Shown here piece after piece: positions 37,950 to 48,670 of a stretch of DNA of 64,000 bases (positions are counted from its first letter, which is position 1; every line of letters begins with the position of its first letter). Made by a program: the position numbers and the translations under genes. The notes below the pieces were generated by a model. That model saw nothing but the letters and a program-made list of their open reading frames with translations. It did no database searches and was not told where the DNA came from. The stretch is from assembly GCF_009834535.1 (NCBI RefSeq), contig NC_045696.1, forward strand, positions 6,140,001 through 6,204,000, written 5' to 3'. Source of the DNA: Camelus ferus. Lineage: Eukaryota.

Positions 37950-39280
37950 GGGAACTTGGTTCTGTTTGCATCTTGGGAGGATTTGGGAGGCAGACGCCAG
38001 TGAGGAGGCTCTTCCAATGGTCCAGGAAGGGGTCAGATGGAGGATGTATTTTAAAGGTGAGGATGACAGGATTTGCTGACGGATTGGATCTGGGGCAGGA
38101 GAAAGGAGAGGAAACAGGACAAGGTCTGGGTTTCTGCTCTGGGTGAAGCGGATCCACAGATCACAGGAGACATGTGGGCGGGAGGAGCCGACCACAGCGC
38201 GGTTGGGGCCATGAAGGGGAAAATGCTGCTCTTAGATCTAGGGTTTCCTTGAAGCAGAGCCTGAGCTGGGGATTTTTGTGCAAGCGATTTATAGAGGAGA
38301 GCTCTCAGGACAAAGTGGTGCGGGACAGGGCGGGGGAACAGCTGCGCAAAGACGTGGTTGCAGCTGGAGTCTCCTCTCAGCCTGAGCCCACAGGAGGCCT
38401 GAATGGCACCGTAGAGGTGTCCCTCCTGGATGCACAGAGGCTGGGCTTCTGTGTCACTGTACGAGCTAGTCATTGGCTAGGGCGCCTGCTCCTTATTCTA
38501 GGGTACAATCTCCCCAACATTTCTGGGTGAAGGTTTTCATGAGTTGGGGCATCATCCATCAGCCAAGGCAGCACTCCGGAAAGGGTGCAGTTGTGTGCCG
38601 TTAGCAGCCAACAGTACCTGGGGAGGGATGTGCCTGCGCAGTGCAGGTCCAGGACACGCCTGGCAGACACCCAGGTAGGAGTGTGGAGCAGGAAACTGGA
38701 GCTCAGAAAGAAAGCTGGGGTGGGGATATAAAGTTAGGGGACTGGTGGCATATTCAATGGCAATTAAAGCCATGAAACCAGTCAAGATCAAATAAGGAGG
38801 TGATGGAGATAAAGGTGAAGAGAGCCTCAGAACTGGAGCCTTGGGTACCTCGACTTTCAGGGCTAGGAGGAGGAGGCAGAGGAGGAAGAATCCGGTGAGG
38901 GAGGACAGTCTGGCCGATAAGTTTCCCAGAACACAGTGGAAGTCGGGTGGCCCACTAAGAGAGGGACCGAGAAAGGACCATGTGTTTGGGCAAAAGGGAG
39001 GTTACAGGTGACCTTGATGAGAAGGTCAGAGAGGGCTCCTCAGAGAAGGGATTCTGAGATGGCAGAGCAGATTGTCTGAGCTGGAGATGGTTCTCTCCAG
39101 CCAGAACGAGGCGTGCAAAGGGGAGGGTGAAAGGCAGTGCGATGGGACGGAGGCTGCAGGGGCAAAGGCTAGCTCATGGAAGTCTTTGGATGCCATGTCA
39201 AAAAGCGGGGATTTTAGACAATGCGAAGAAAACACTGATGGATTTTAAGGAGAGAATAAATCTGGCAGGATATTTATCTT
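37950..39280 (-). mobile_element. L2 body fragments interrupted by an ERVL LTR
   Basis: atgtattttaaaggtgaggatgacaggatttgctgacggattgga; ctggagctcagaaagaaag...aattaaagccatg; ggtgaccttgatgaga. Confidence 0.75.
38230..38672 (-). mobile_element. ERVL solo LTR, LTR16/LTR33 group
   Basis: gggtttccttgaagcagagcctgag...tgtgcaagcgatttat...ttagcagccaaca. Confidence 0.7.
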
Positions 39281-40042
39281 GTTCTGGAAATATTCTATGC
39301 CCCTCTATGTAGGTTTGCGTCCTACACTGTACACCCTCTTCAGATCCAATGGGAGTTTGTCTTTGTAACTGTGGTTCCATTGTATGTTCCTGCAGCGTAA
39401 AAGAGACTTTGCCTTTTTAAGTCTCCAGTGAGTCTGGATGCTCACTTTCAATTTCTTTCAACTTTTTTTTTTTTTTTGAGCTAATGATGCTAAAAAATGA
39501 TGCATCAGTGAGAAAAATTGGAAAATTATTAGAAAATGTATCCCATGAGTCTTAAAATTTTCATCAGCATTTTGTTCCCGATGCACCCAAGGAAATTCTT
39601 CTTTGCAAAATAGGTTAAGCATTGTTGTCAGACGGCCCTGAGAGTTTGGCATGTCCAATTTTACCCAGATTTGGGCCAGCTGAGTTCAAAACAAGAACCA
39701 TCGTTTCCTGGAACATCCGGTTCTCTAACCACCATCTGGCATGAGCTTGGCAGCTCTTAACTGTTATTTTGTGCCATTTTATTGACCTTTATTTATTTTA
39801 CATTATTCATTCATCTTGGGAAGGAGTCCTGAATGCTTATCAGCACACACTTCTTTCTAGTCTCCTTCCTGTCAAAAAAAGCAGTACAGCTAACTCTTAC
39901 TTTTGTTCTAAGAAAGCAAAAAATATTTAATACTTAAGCCCTCAGGTCATGCTGACGTGGTAGAGAAGAGATTTCTTCAGTATACATGCATGGCTTGAGA
40001 GAGGATTAGAGTTTTTTGTTAACCAAATCTTACCGACTTTTT

Positions 40043-40650
40043 GACTGCTGGTAGGAGTATAAATTTGGGCAGCTGCTTGGGAAAGCTACTTGGCAGAACT
40101 CACTAAATCTGACAATCCACAAACCCTATGACCTAGCAGTTCCTTCCCTAGGTGTGTGCCAAAAGGGAACGCACACATGTGATCACGGAGAGAGAAATAC
40201 GAGAATGCCATAGTAGCCCTGGTCATGATGGCCCCAGACGGGAACCTGTCCAAATGCTCTTCAGCTCTGGAATGCATACACTGGTTGTGGTATAGCCACA
40301 CAACGGAATACAACACAGCAATTAGGGTGAATAAAATACAACCATGTGCAACACTATTGTTGAGTCTCTTAGGCATGATATTGGGCAAGTCCTATACCAT
40401 ACAATTCCATTTATATAAAGTTCAAAAGTAGGAAAATGAATCTGCAGACTTAGAAGTCAGGTTAGTGGCTACCTTTGGAGAGAGCTGGTGGCTGGAAGGG
40501 TCACAAGGTGAAGATCCTTAGATGACAGTCGTGTTCAGTTTCTCGATCTGAGCGCTGGTTCCTCAGATGCGTTAACTATGAAAATCCTTCAAATGTACAT
40601 TTTCAATTTGTTCATTTTTCTGTTCTTAAGCTATAATTCAATTAAAGGTC
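40043..40650 (+). mobile_element. Ancient L1ME-type 3' region
   Basis: ctgctggtaggagtataaatt...ccctatgacctagcagttcc...attccatttatataaagttcaaaa. Confidence 0.8.
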
Positions 40651-42250
40651 AAGAAACAACCCAGAAAGCATACAAAGAAATTTAAAAATAGAACTAATTC
40701 AAAACACCCTAATAAAAGTAAATGAGATAAATTTACCCATAAAAAGAAAACACTAAAAAAAAAAAACCCAAAACAGTTGACTGTGCTTAAACGTCAGACC
40801 AAGCAGTGCTTTCTCACTGACTTCGTATCAGCACAAAGGGTATTAGATTTTACATCCCCAGTTATATTCTCATCCCTGAATTGGGCCCAAAGCATAGGGC
40901 AGCCCAACTCGCTTTTCCTTTCTGATGATGCTTCTTAAAGAGAAGTGTCAGAGAGGTGGTTCCCATAAGTCATCACCTTTGAACACTGGTCAGCTTGCCT
41001 CCTGCATGATGTCTTCCCAGACCTCCCAGTCTCCACTGGTTGCCACCCTCTTCTAGACTCTCAGCACACCACGTCCACCCCTCACACCTGGCCACTAACC
41101 ACGGCCCATCTCCTTGCATCCTCGTTCTGTGTTTGCCCGTTCCACTTGGCTTCAGCGACTCTCTCGGTGCAGCTCTTGAATAAGAGGGCAAACTCCTGGA
41201 GGACCAGAGTCATTGCTCCTCTATCTGTGCTACTGTTGGCCCCACAGCCACGTTCCTGATGGACTCTTGGTAAGTGGTTGTTGTGGGTTTCCCTGGTGGA
41301 CTGTGGAAAGATACTCCCTGGGTGGCGGTGTTGTGGGTGACACTGTTGAACATATCCTACCTCTTGGGAGCATCTTTCTAAAACAGAATCTGTACAACCT
41401 GAATGCACACCACTCTGATGCATAGACACCACAGTTTAGTTTTGGGGTTGGTTTCCTATTTGTATTTTTGAAGACTGTGTCATTTGATTACTGGAGAACT
41501 TCCCACCATGGAGAACCGTAATTGCTGCTCGAACACTCTCTGTTTCCCCTTGATAGCAGTCAGAGGGGTTGGATTTGAGCAAAGATCTATGCCCTTGACT
41601 ACCTTACCTACAGGGGAGGAGAAGCCTGTCAAATCCTTTCTCTTTTTAACCATGAAACTCTCAATTACGCCTGACAAGAGTGACATGTTCCCAACTTTCA
41701 CCCAAATTAGGCCATCTCATGTTTTCTCATTTCTTGTTGTGAGCTTCTTTTGCCTCCTAGAATCCAGGTTTTCTGAACATTAGTTTTTTTTATAAACCCA
41801 CAATATGCTCCACATTCAGTATATTAATCCCATTGTTACCGAGCTCTCTGAAGACTGAACGAGACTGAATCATTTTCTGATTTAGAAAAGTTCTTTTTTC
41901 CCCCATAGTGTTCCCTAATTTGACAGGCTTCCTTGTGAATGTCAGAGGGTGCAGAGTTCACATTTGGCATGATTATGCTTCATCCAGAAGAAAGAATTTT
42001 CCAGATGGTTTGGAAGGCTGAGGGGCAATATTTGGGAGACCAGGAAAAATTCCCAGCCCATAATTGATTGGAAATGCCTGTTCAGTCCTTTTTTTTTTTT
42101 TTTTTAAACAATATCCTTTTTTACTTCTACCTTTGTCCCCTTCTGTGTTATCTGAAGCTTCTCTTCATGGGGTCTAGACCTCTGTCTTTTGGAAGCAATT
42201 TTTAGTACTTTCTAGTGCTGGGGGCTGGTATTCCTAAGACAGTTTGCATG

Positions 42251-42328
42251 TTGGATAGAATCATGAAATTGCCATTTTTGTAGGTCAAAAGTCATCAAAT
42301 ATCAGCAATTTCACATGGCTTAATCTAA
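42251..42328 (+). mobile_element. MADE2 mariner MITE
   Basis: Palindromic atgaaattgccatttttgtaggtcaaaa...aatatcagcaatttcacatgg. Confidence 0.85.
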
Positions 42329-42344
42329 ACACTGGTTCCTGTTG

Positions 42345-43130
42345 TTACATTCATCCACTCGTCAAGTAATTGTGCAACACTTATCATATGTCTGACACAG
42401 AGCTGGGCTGTGAAGGTACAACAGGGAATAAGACACAGCCCTTGCCTTCCAAGACCCTGACGGGGAGCAGCTGTGCAAACAGGTAAAAACAGTAGAGGAG
42501 TCATGGCGGGGCACTTAAGCCAGGGCTAGTGCGACCCTTAGGGAAAGCAGTGACCCTGGCAGGAAGAGTGGAAGTTGGCCAACAGAAGGGGGAAAAGGAA
42601 TTGTAAGAATAACACTTCTCCTCTGGAATGTTCCAAGGCCTGGGGTGGTTTACAGGGAACAGAACATACTTGGCCATGGTGGAAATAGCGTAATGGGGGT
42701 ATTGGGGAAGTTCTGAGGCCATGGAGATGGGTGGGGGTTTGGAAGCCTTGCTATGGTTTTGGAAATTATTCCAGGGGTAACAGGGAGGAGAGTTTTATTT
42801 TTTTATTTTATTTTTTTAAATGTTGCCATCTTTTTTTTTTTTTTTTGGCCTTTTTTTTTTTTAAATAAAATATAGTCAGTTTACCATGTTGTGTTAATTT
42901 CTGGCGTACAGCATAGTGATGCTATTATATATATTTTCTTCTTCATACTCGTTTTCATTATGGGCTATTACAAGGTATTGGGTGTAGCTCCCTGTGCTGG
43001 GCAGTAGGTGCTTGCTGTGTATCTGTTTCACGTATAGTAGTGTGCATCTGCAAGTCCCAAGCAGGGAGGAGAGTTTTAAACCGAGGCATGGTTAACGCCA
43101 CTCTGCACACAGGTTGAGGGATGAAGGAGG
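42345..43130 (-). mobile_element. L2 3' region interrupted by an L1
   Basis: cattcatccactc...gaataagacacagcccttgccttc; ggaatgttccaagg. Confidence 0.65.
42798..43061 (-). mobile_element. Short camelid-type L1 3' end
   Basis: Perfect 17-bp TSD cagggaggagagtttta at 42781-42797 and 43062-43078. Confidence 0.92.
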
Positions 43131-43145
43131 GGCGAGAGCTGTGCC

Positions 43146-43216
43146 AGGGAGGACCCCTGGGGTGGAGACCTGGGAGGGAGGCCCCCTGGGAGGGAGGACC
43201 CCTGGGGGGAGGCCTG
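43146..43216. repeat. Imperfect G-rich tandem repeat, ~16-bp unit (gagggaggacccctgg), 4-5 copies
   Basis: Directly visible. Confidence 0.75.
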
Positions 43217-44796
43217 TGTGTCCTTTCCTTTGTTCCATTGATTGTTTGTTTGTTCTTGGGGGAGTCGCTTTATTCAACTCAGGTGTGAAAGCAGAAGAAG
43301 ATGGGTAAGCCCTGATTGTGTTCATGAGACAGTTCCAGGACAGTTGCAGGTGATAGGGCAGAAGAAGTGGCCTCAGAGCTTCCAGTGACCCAACTCCCTG
43401 CCTGTATAGAGGCCAGACCAGCCAGGGCCGGAGGTGGGGGGACCTCAGGCGGGCAGCGCGGCTTCCTAGAGGAGCTGTGTCGGGCAGCTGTGGGGCTGCT
43501 TGTCCAGACGTCAGCCGTGGCAGATGGCAGGCTTTCTGAGCATGGCCAAGTGGCAAACCATTGCCTTGGGCTTGGAAGCCATGCAAAAATACCAAGACAC
43601 AAGCCAGCACCCCAGGACACAGTCCTTCTTAACTATATAAAGGAGCCATAGAAGTACACAAAAATGCAAATGGGAAAGAATGACATATAGATGGAGCAGA
43701 ACACCTTGTGCTGGAAAACTGTCCCAGTCTTTCAGAGGGGAGGAAGGAAAAGGCCCAGGCAGAGAGACCTGCTTAAACACTTAGCCTGAGTGTTGCTTTC
43801 GTTCATAATTTAATATTAAAATTCAAGTCTCTAAAGCTCATAAATTTATCTGATCCTGTGCAGTGCTTTGGCTACCGCCCCCAGCCCCTCTGTTATTTTT
43901 CCAAGCTGGTCTAAATTTTCCAGGTTGTTGGAAATGCTGGTTATCCTGTGGCCTTCAAGAACATCTTACATGAAAGCCAGTCACACTGAGTTATGGTTTT
44001 TCCATCAACTAAACTTTTTCACCAAATTGCCCACGGCTGAAACTATTTTCTGATAGATAAATATTTTCAAAGTTCCACTGTCAAACCCAGTTCAGAAATG
44101 TCAGGCTGGTAATGACTGTACCCACCAGTGTCTCTTTCTTTTTACGGTACGTTTTTTTTGTCCCCCAGAGCAACAAATCTGGGGGCAGGGGGACATGTAG
44201 AGATCCACGTATTAAAAGGATATTAGCAAAGAAAGAAACAATGGCTTCTTTGTGATGATTTATAGTTATTCAGAGGAGAAATACTTTCACACTCTTATTT
44301 TTAAAATCATGCCCACCCTTCAGCTCAGACCTAGCTCTTACGGCCATGACTGCTATGAGCTATTGCAAACAACACAGAACAGCAAGCGATGTTGTTTAAA
44401 TTCTGCAGAGAAGGGGCGTGTAGTCTAAGAAGGCTGAGGACATCACTTCCAAAAATTGAAAGATACACATTCTGTTCGCCAAGTTTAAAGAAGGGATACA
44501 GGCAGGGCTTTCTCGCAGAGACGACAAGCCAGATTATTTCAAAACTGGTAGAAAGTTGAGCACAAATGAAAAGCATTTGTGGGATATGTCACATGACGTT
44601 TCCTTGTTTCTCTGGGGGTTTATTCCTCTGGCCTCTGTCCCAGGATGGCAGCCCCTTGGGGGACAGTGGTGTGCTCCCCACTGTAATCCCACCACGTGCT
44701 GCGTGGAAACGTCACTGAACGGACGTTAAAGAAGGGAATGAACACACAAATGAACGAAGGGTGAAGGTGGTCCAGGAAAGCGCGTCTTCACATACC

Positions 44797-45206
44797 GGTT
44801 GGGAACTGAGTGTCTGTGCCCCCTTCCACACACCCCCTAAATTCATGTGTTAAAGCCCCCGTTCCCAGCGTGGCTATATTTGGCGCTGGGGCCTTGAAGA
44901 AAGTAATTAAGGTTGAATGAGGTCAACCCATGGACCAGGGCGCAATAGGATTCGTGTCATTAGAAAAAGAGACACCAGAGAGCTCACTCTGTCTCTCTGT
45001 CTCCCTGTCCCTCAGGAAAGGCCATGTGGGGACAGAGTGAGAAGGCAGCCTTCTGCAAGGCAGGAAGGGAGCCCTCCCCAGGAGCCCGGCCCCGCCGGCA
45101 TGCTGATCTAGGACCTTGCTGGCCCCAGGGAGTTGAGGGTGTGCACTTCCATTGCTCAGGGTTCCCCGACTATGGTGTTTTGCTACGGCTGCCCCAGCAG
45201 ACTGTC
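44797..45206 (+). mobile_element. MLT1A-like MaLR solo LTR
   Basis: aaattcatgtgttaaagccc...gtaattaaggttgaatgaggtca...aaaagagacaccagagagc...ggccatgtggggaca. Confidence 0.85.
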
Positions 45207-46938
45207 TGTCTCCTGAAATTCAGTTGGATCGTGGACTCTAGCGTCACTGTTCCTTGGCCCCTAGCTGGCTGGTTAGCCCCTGGTGAGAATTCATTTTCTC
45301 TGTAAACCATGAGAAACTTCTCTCTTAACAGCCAAGCAGATGTGCCGGGCAGAGGGCTGTGGTACCAGGGCTGGGGCAGCAGGGGCTGGGCCCCTGCCTT
45401 GGATGAGGTCAAGCTTAGGATCAGGGCACTTGGCAGAAAACAACTGGGTAACTTGTGAAAACCTGTTTCCTTTCAGTCCTCGGAATCAGAACAATACCAT
45501 GTCTTACAGCCCTCTTGGAGGGGCTGCACCCCAAGTTCACATCCTGAGCAGTTTAATATCCTGGGAACAGCAACACTGAATATTCTTAATCTTTTAAAAA
45601 TTAATCTAAGGGAGGCAGCGGTAAGGATGGAGCTGCACCAGGAAAATGATGGGAGTGACGATCATTTCTCAGTATGAAAACATCTTACCCCCTGGTGAGT
45701 TGGTATTTGTTGTGCCAGTCCGTATGGCTTCCTTTTTAACAACCCCCTCTTGGTCTGTTTCTCGGATGGAAAGGCTCTGTGACCCGTGCTGACCTGGCAG
45801 GGCTGCTCTCATCTGCGGGGTGCTGTTGGAGGAGCTGGCCTCGGCTGCCCAGAAGACGCACAGGGCTCGGATTCCCACAGGTCACATCAGCTTCCTGCTG
45901 CCCCTTGGTTTTGCTCCTGTCTCTGTGGTCTGGCTCCTCGTGGTGGCCTCACACCAGGGAGCTCTGTGGAAACTCCATGCTTCAAAGCCAGCTCTGAGCT
46001 CAGCTTGCATCCCAGGTTGGAAACAGGGCAGAGCCAGGATGGGCAGCCCCTAGGGGTCGGTGCAATGCTGTGCACACTGGCAGCAGGGAGAACATAGCAG
46101 CATTTTATAGCCATGTCCAGAGGACCTGAGTTGCTCTTGAACCCATGACCTAGTGGAGAAAGTCACTATCCAATTATAAAGTCATCCAGGAACTGGGGTG
46201 AATCAACAGATGAAGTGTGGAGCTGCCAGCAAGCAATACGACAGTTTGCAGTTAGGCTCATGGCCGGGAGAGGTCCCTGCAGCAATGCACGCACCTGCCC
46301 AGGACTGTCGCCAACCTTTGTTCCCACGCAAGGGAAAGCTGTCTTCCCACATCACTGCAGTCTGCTGACCTGAGTGCCCCGAGCAAGTTCTTCAGTCCAC
46401 AGCCCTTGCCCTCAAAGATTTTGTAATCCAAGGTGGAGCTGAAGCAAAGACCTGGCTGAGGTCTGAGACCACACACAAGGAGGCAGTACGTCCTGGCCAC
46501 TCGGCTTAGTCCTTGGGAGAATTATCCCACAGATAGGTCTCCATTTCTCAAATATGGGCAACATCCGAGTCTGATTAAAACATAATTAATACCGTAACTT
46601 AAGATGAACAAGACAAGGCGAATTTTAGCATCCAAGTCAAAGCTTCTAATGCTACGTGAAAATTCCTCATCATGGTTCACATGACAAACACAGTCTGTAA
46701 CTTATCTCCTTAACATGGGCTTCCTGCTTCCTTATATCTCTCCTGAAAGGTGGGTGTCCTCTCCTGTGTATTTACCAGGGGAGCACTTGCTCATTAATGA
46801 ATTACTAGCATGAAAAATAACATCAACCCATCTCTGAGTTTAGAGCCCGCACATCTGAGCCACCATTCCGCACCGACGATGTTTCCATAACTCTCTCCCT
46901 GCAAGCAGAGGACTGGGTTTGCCTCCAGCACAGAGGAG

Positions 46939-46998
46939 AGGGGAATGCGTTGTTCAGGGGAATGCGTTGTTCAGGGGAATGCGTTGTTCAGGGAAATG
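46939..46998. repeat. Perfect 17-bp tandem repeat (aggggaatgcgttgttc) x3 plus a partial copy
   Basis: Directly visible. Confidence 0.95.
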
Positions 46999-47594
46999 GT
47001 TTTTGCAATAAAGAGATATCATCACCCTGTGGGTTTTCCACCTCCACTCAAGCAATATTCAGGGAAGGTTTGCTGGTAACACCCAGTGCTCTACTAAGCC
47101 AGCAAATCAGCGACATGGTACTGAGCCTGAACTGGCTAAAGAAGAACGCCCAGGGCTGTTGCTGGGAGGGGCGGGTGGTGGCGGGAGGACACGGAGGCTG
47201 TTCAAGAAGTGTCATGGTGTCCATGTTTTGGCTCAGTAGGAGAGCTGTTCTCAGCTCCTCTCAAAGTAAAAAGTGACCCTGCCTACAGCCAGAGGTTTCA
47301 ACTCTCACCACCACCCCTTGGCTACAGCCAGGAAAGTTCCTGATCCTGAATGAGACTCTGATCAAGGGGAACCAAGACTTGGAAGATGGCGGTGGAGGCT
47401 CCCCACCCAGCACGCAGCGCTCATCTCTCAGAATGCACTTGAAGCAGCGCCTTTCGGGAAATCAGTCGAAAAGGATGCAGGGCTGTGTTGTGACAAGCTG
47501 GTCAATGTGGACCAAAAGGCATAAATCAGGACCTGAAAGGAAGAAACAGGTACAGGGTGAAGATGACTGCGGTTCAGCAGGAGCACAAAGGCAC

Positions 47595-47905
47595 AGAGCT
47601 GGTGGGCCCACTGAGACCCCTGGCCAAGTCTCACCTGCTGTGGTTTTGTGACCTCAGAGTGGTTCTATATTGTTTGATGGTTGGAAGATGAGAGATTTTT
47701 TGTGACCCATGAAAAATAGATAAAAGTCTAATTTCAGTGTTTTATGGAAAAATGTTTTACTGAAACCCAGCCCCGCTCGTTCTTTTGTGTACCGCCGCTC
47801 TCAGGACAGCAGCAGAGCAGAGATGCTGCGAGGAAACCCAGTGACCCACAAAGTCTCAAATGTCTGCCACCCTGCCTTTTCGAGGAGAGGTTTGCTGACT
47901 CCTAG
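47595..47905. mobile_element. MER58B-like hAT-Charlie element
   Basis: ttttgtgacccatgaaaa...aatttcagtg...gttttactgaaacccagcc...gtttgctgactcct. Confidence 0.75.
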
Positions 47906-48240
47906 AGCATCATTAAGGGGCAGGGAAGACGGTCCCAGTCCCCTGTATGGCTTTCATGGTACGTCGTGTATGTTACATCCGAAATCATTCCCAGAGTTCG
48001 GTCTGGAGTCTGGTTTTGGAGCATCTGAGATGTTGCCAGGAGGAGCACCTAGACCAGGTCTCTGAATAGTGGTGTCTGCAGCAGGCAGGACCAGAATTCA
48101 CGTTGGTTTCCTCTCTCTACATCCTCATGTAGAGAAGAGAGTCTAGAGGTGTTGGATAGACACCTAATGGCTGAGAAACCCTGGTACATGCTGAAATCAC
48201 AATGTAACAGACACATCAGCTCCCACTTGGAACTTCTATC

Positions 48241-48670
48241 TGTGATGGGCTGAATTCCATCCCCCTCCGACTCATCCCTCGAATTCACGTGTCAGAGAAG
48301 CCCTAACCCCAGTATCTCAGACTCTGACCGCATCAGGAGACAGGGTCTTCACAGAGGCACGTAGGTTAAGACGAGGTCCTTGGGGTGGGTCCCAATCCAA
48401 CAGGACCGGTGTCCTTGTGAGAGGAGAGACTAGGACACACACGCAGAGGGGAGGCGATGCAAAGACTCAGAGGGGAGATGCCATCTACAAGCCAGGGAGA
48501 GGGGCCTGGACCAGCCTCTCCCGCACAGCCCCCAGAAGGAACCCACCCTGCCCACAACTTGATCTTGGACTTCTGACCTCCTGAGCTGCGAAGAGATGGG
48601 TTTCTGTTGTTTTAAGCCACCCTAGTTGGCGGCACTTTGCTACGGCAGTCCTAGCGAGCAAGCAAATACA
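48241..48670 (+). mobile_element. MLT1B-like MaLR solo LTR
   Basis: tgtgatgggctgaatt...ccatctacaagcca...ttgatcttggacttct...ttaagccaccc...aaataca (TG...CA termini). Confidence 0.9.

Noticed and set aside
41215..41320. Minus-strand peptide SFHSPPGKPTTTTYQES faintly recalling DNA polymerase lambda
   Set aside because: The resemblance is short and gapped, and flanking frames do not extend it
46939..46998. CRISPR-like array
   Set aside because: Head-to-tail units without spacers, in eukaryotic DNA with no cas genes
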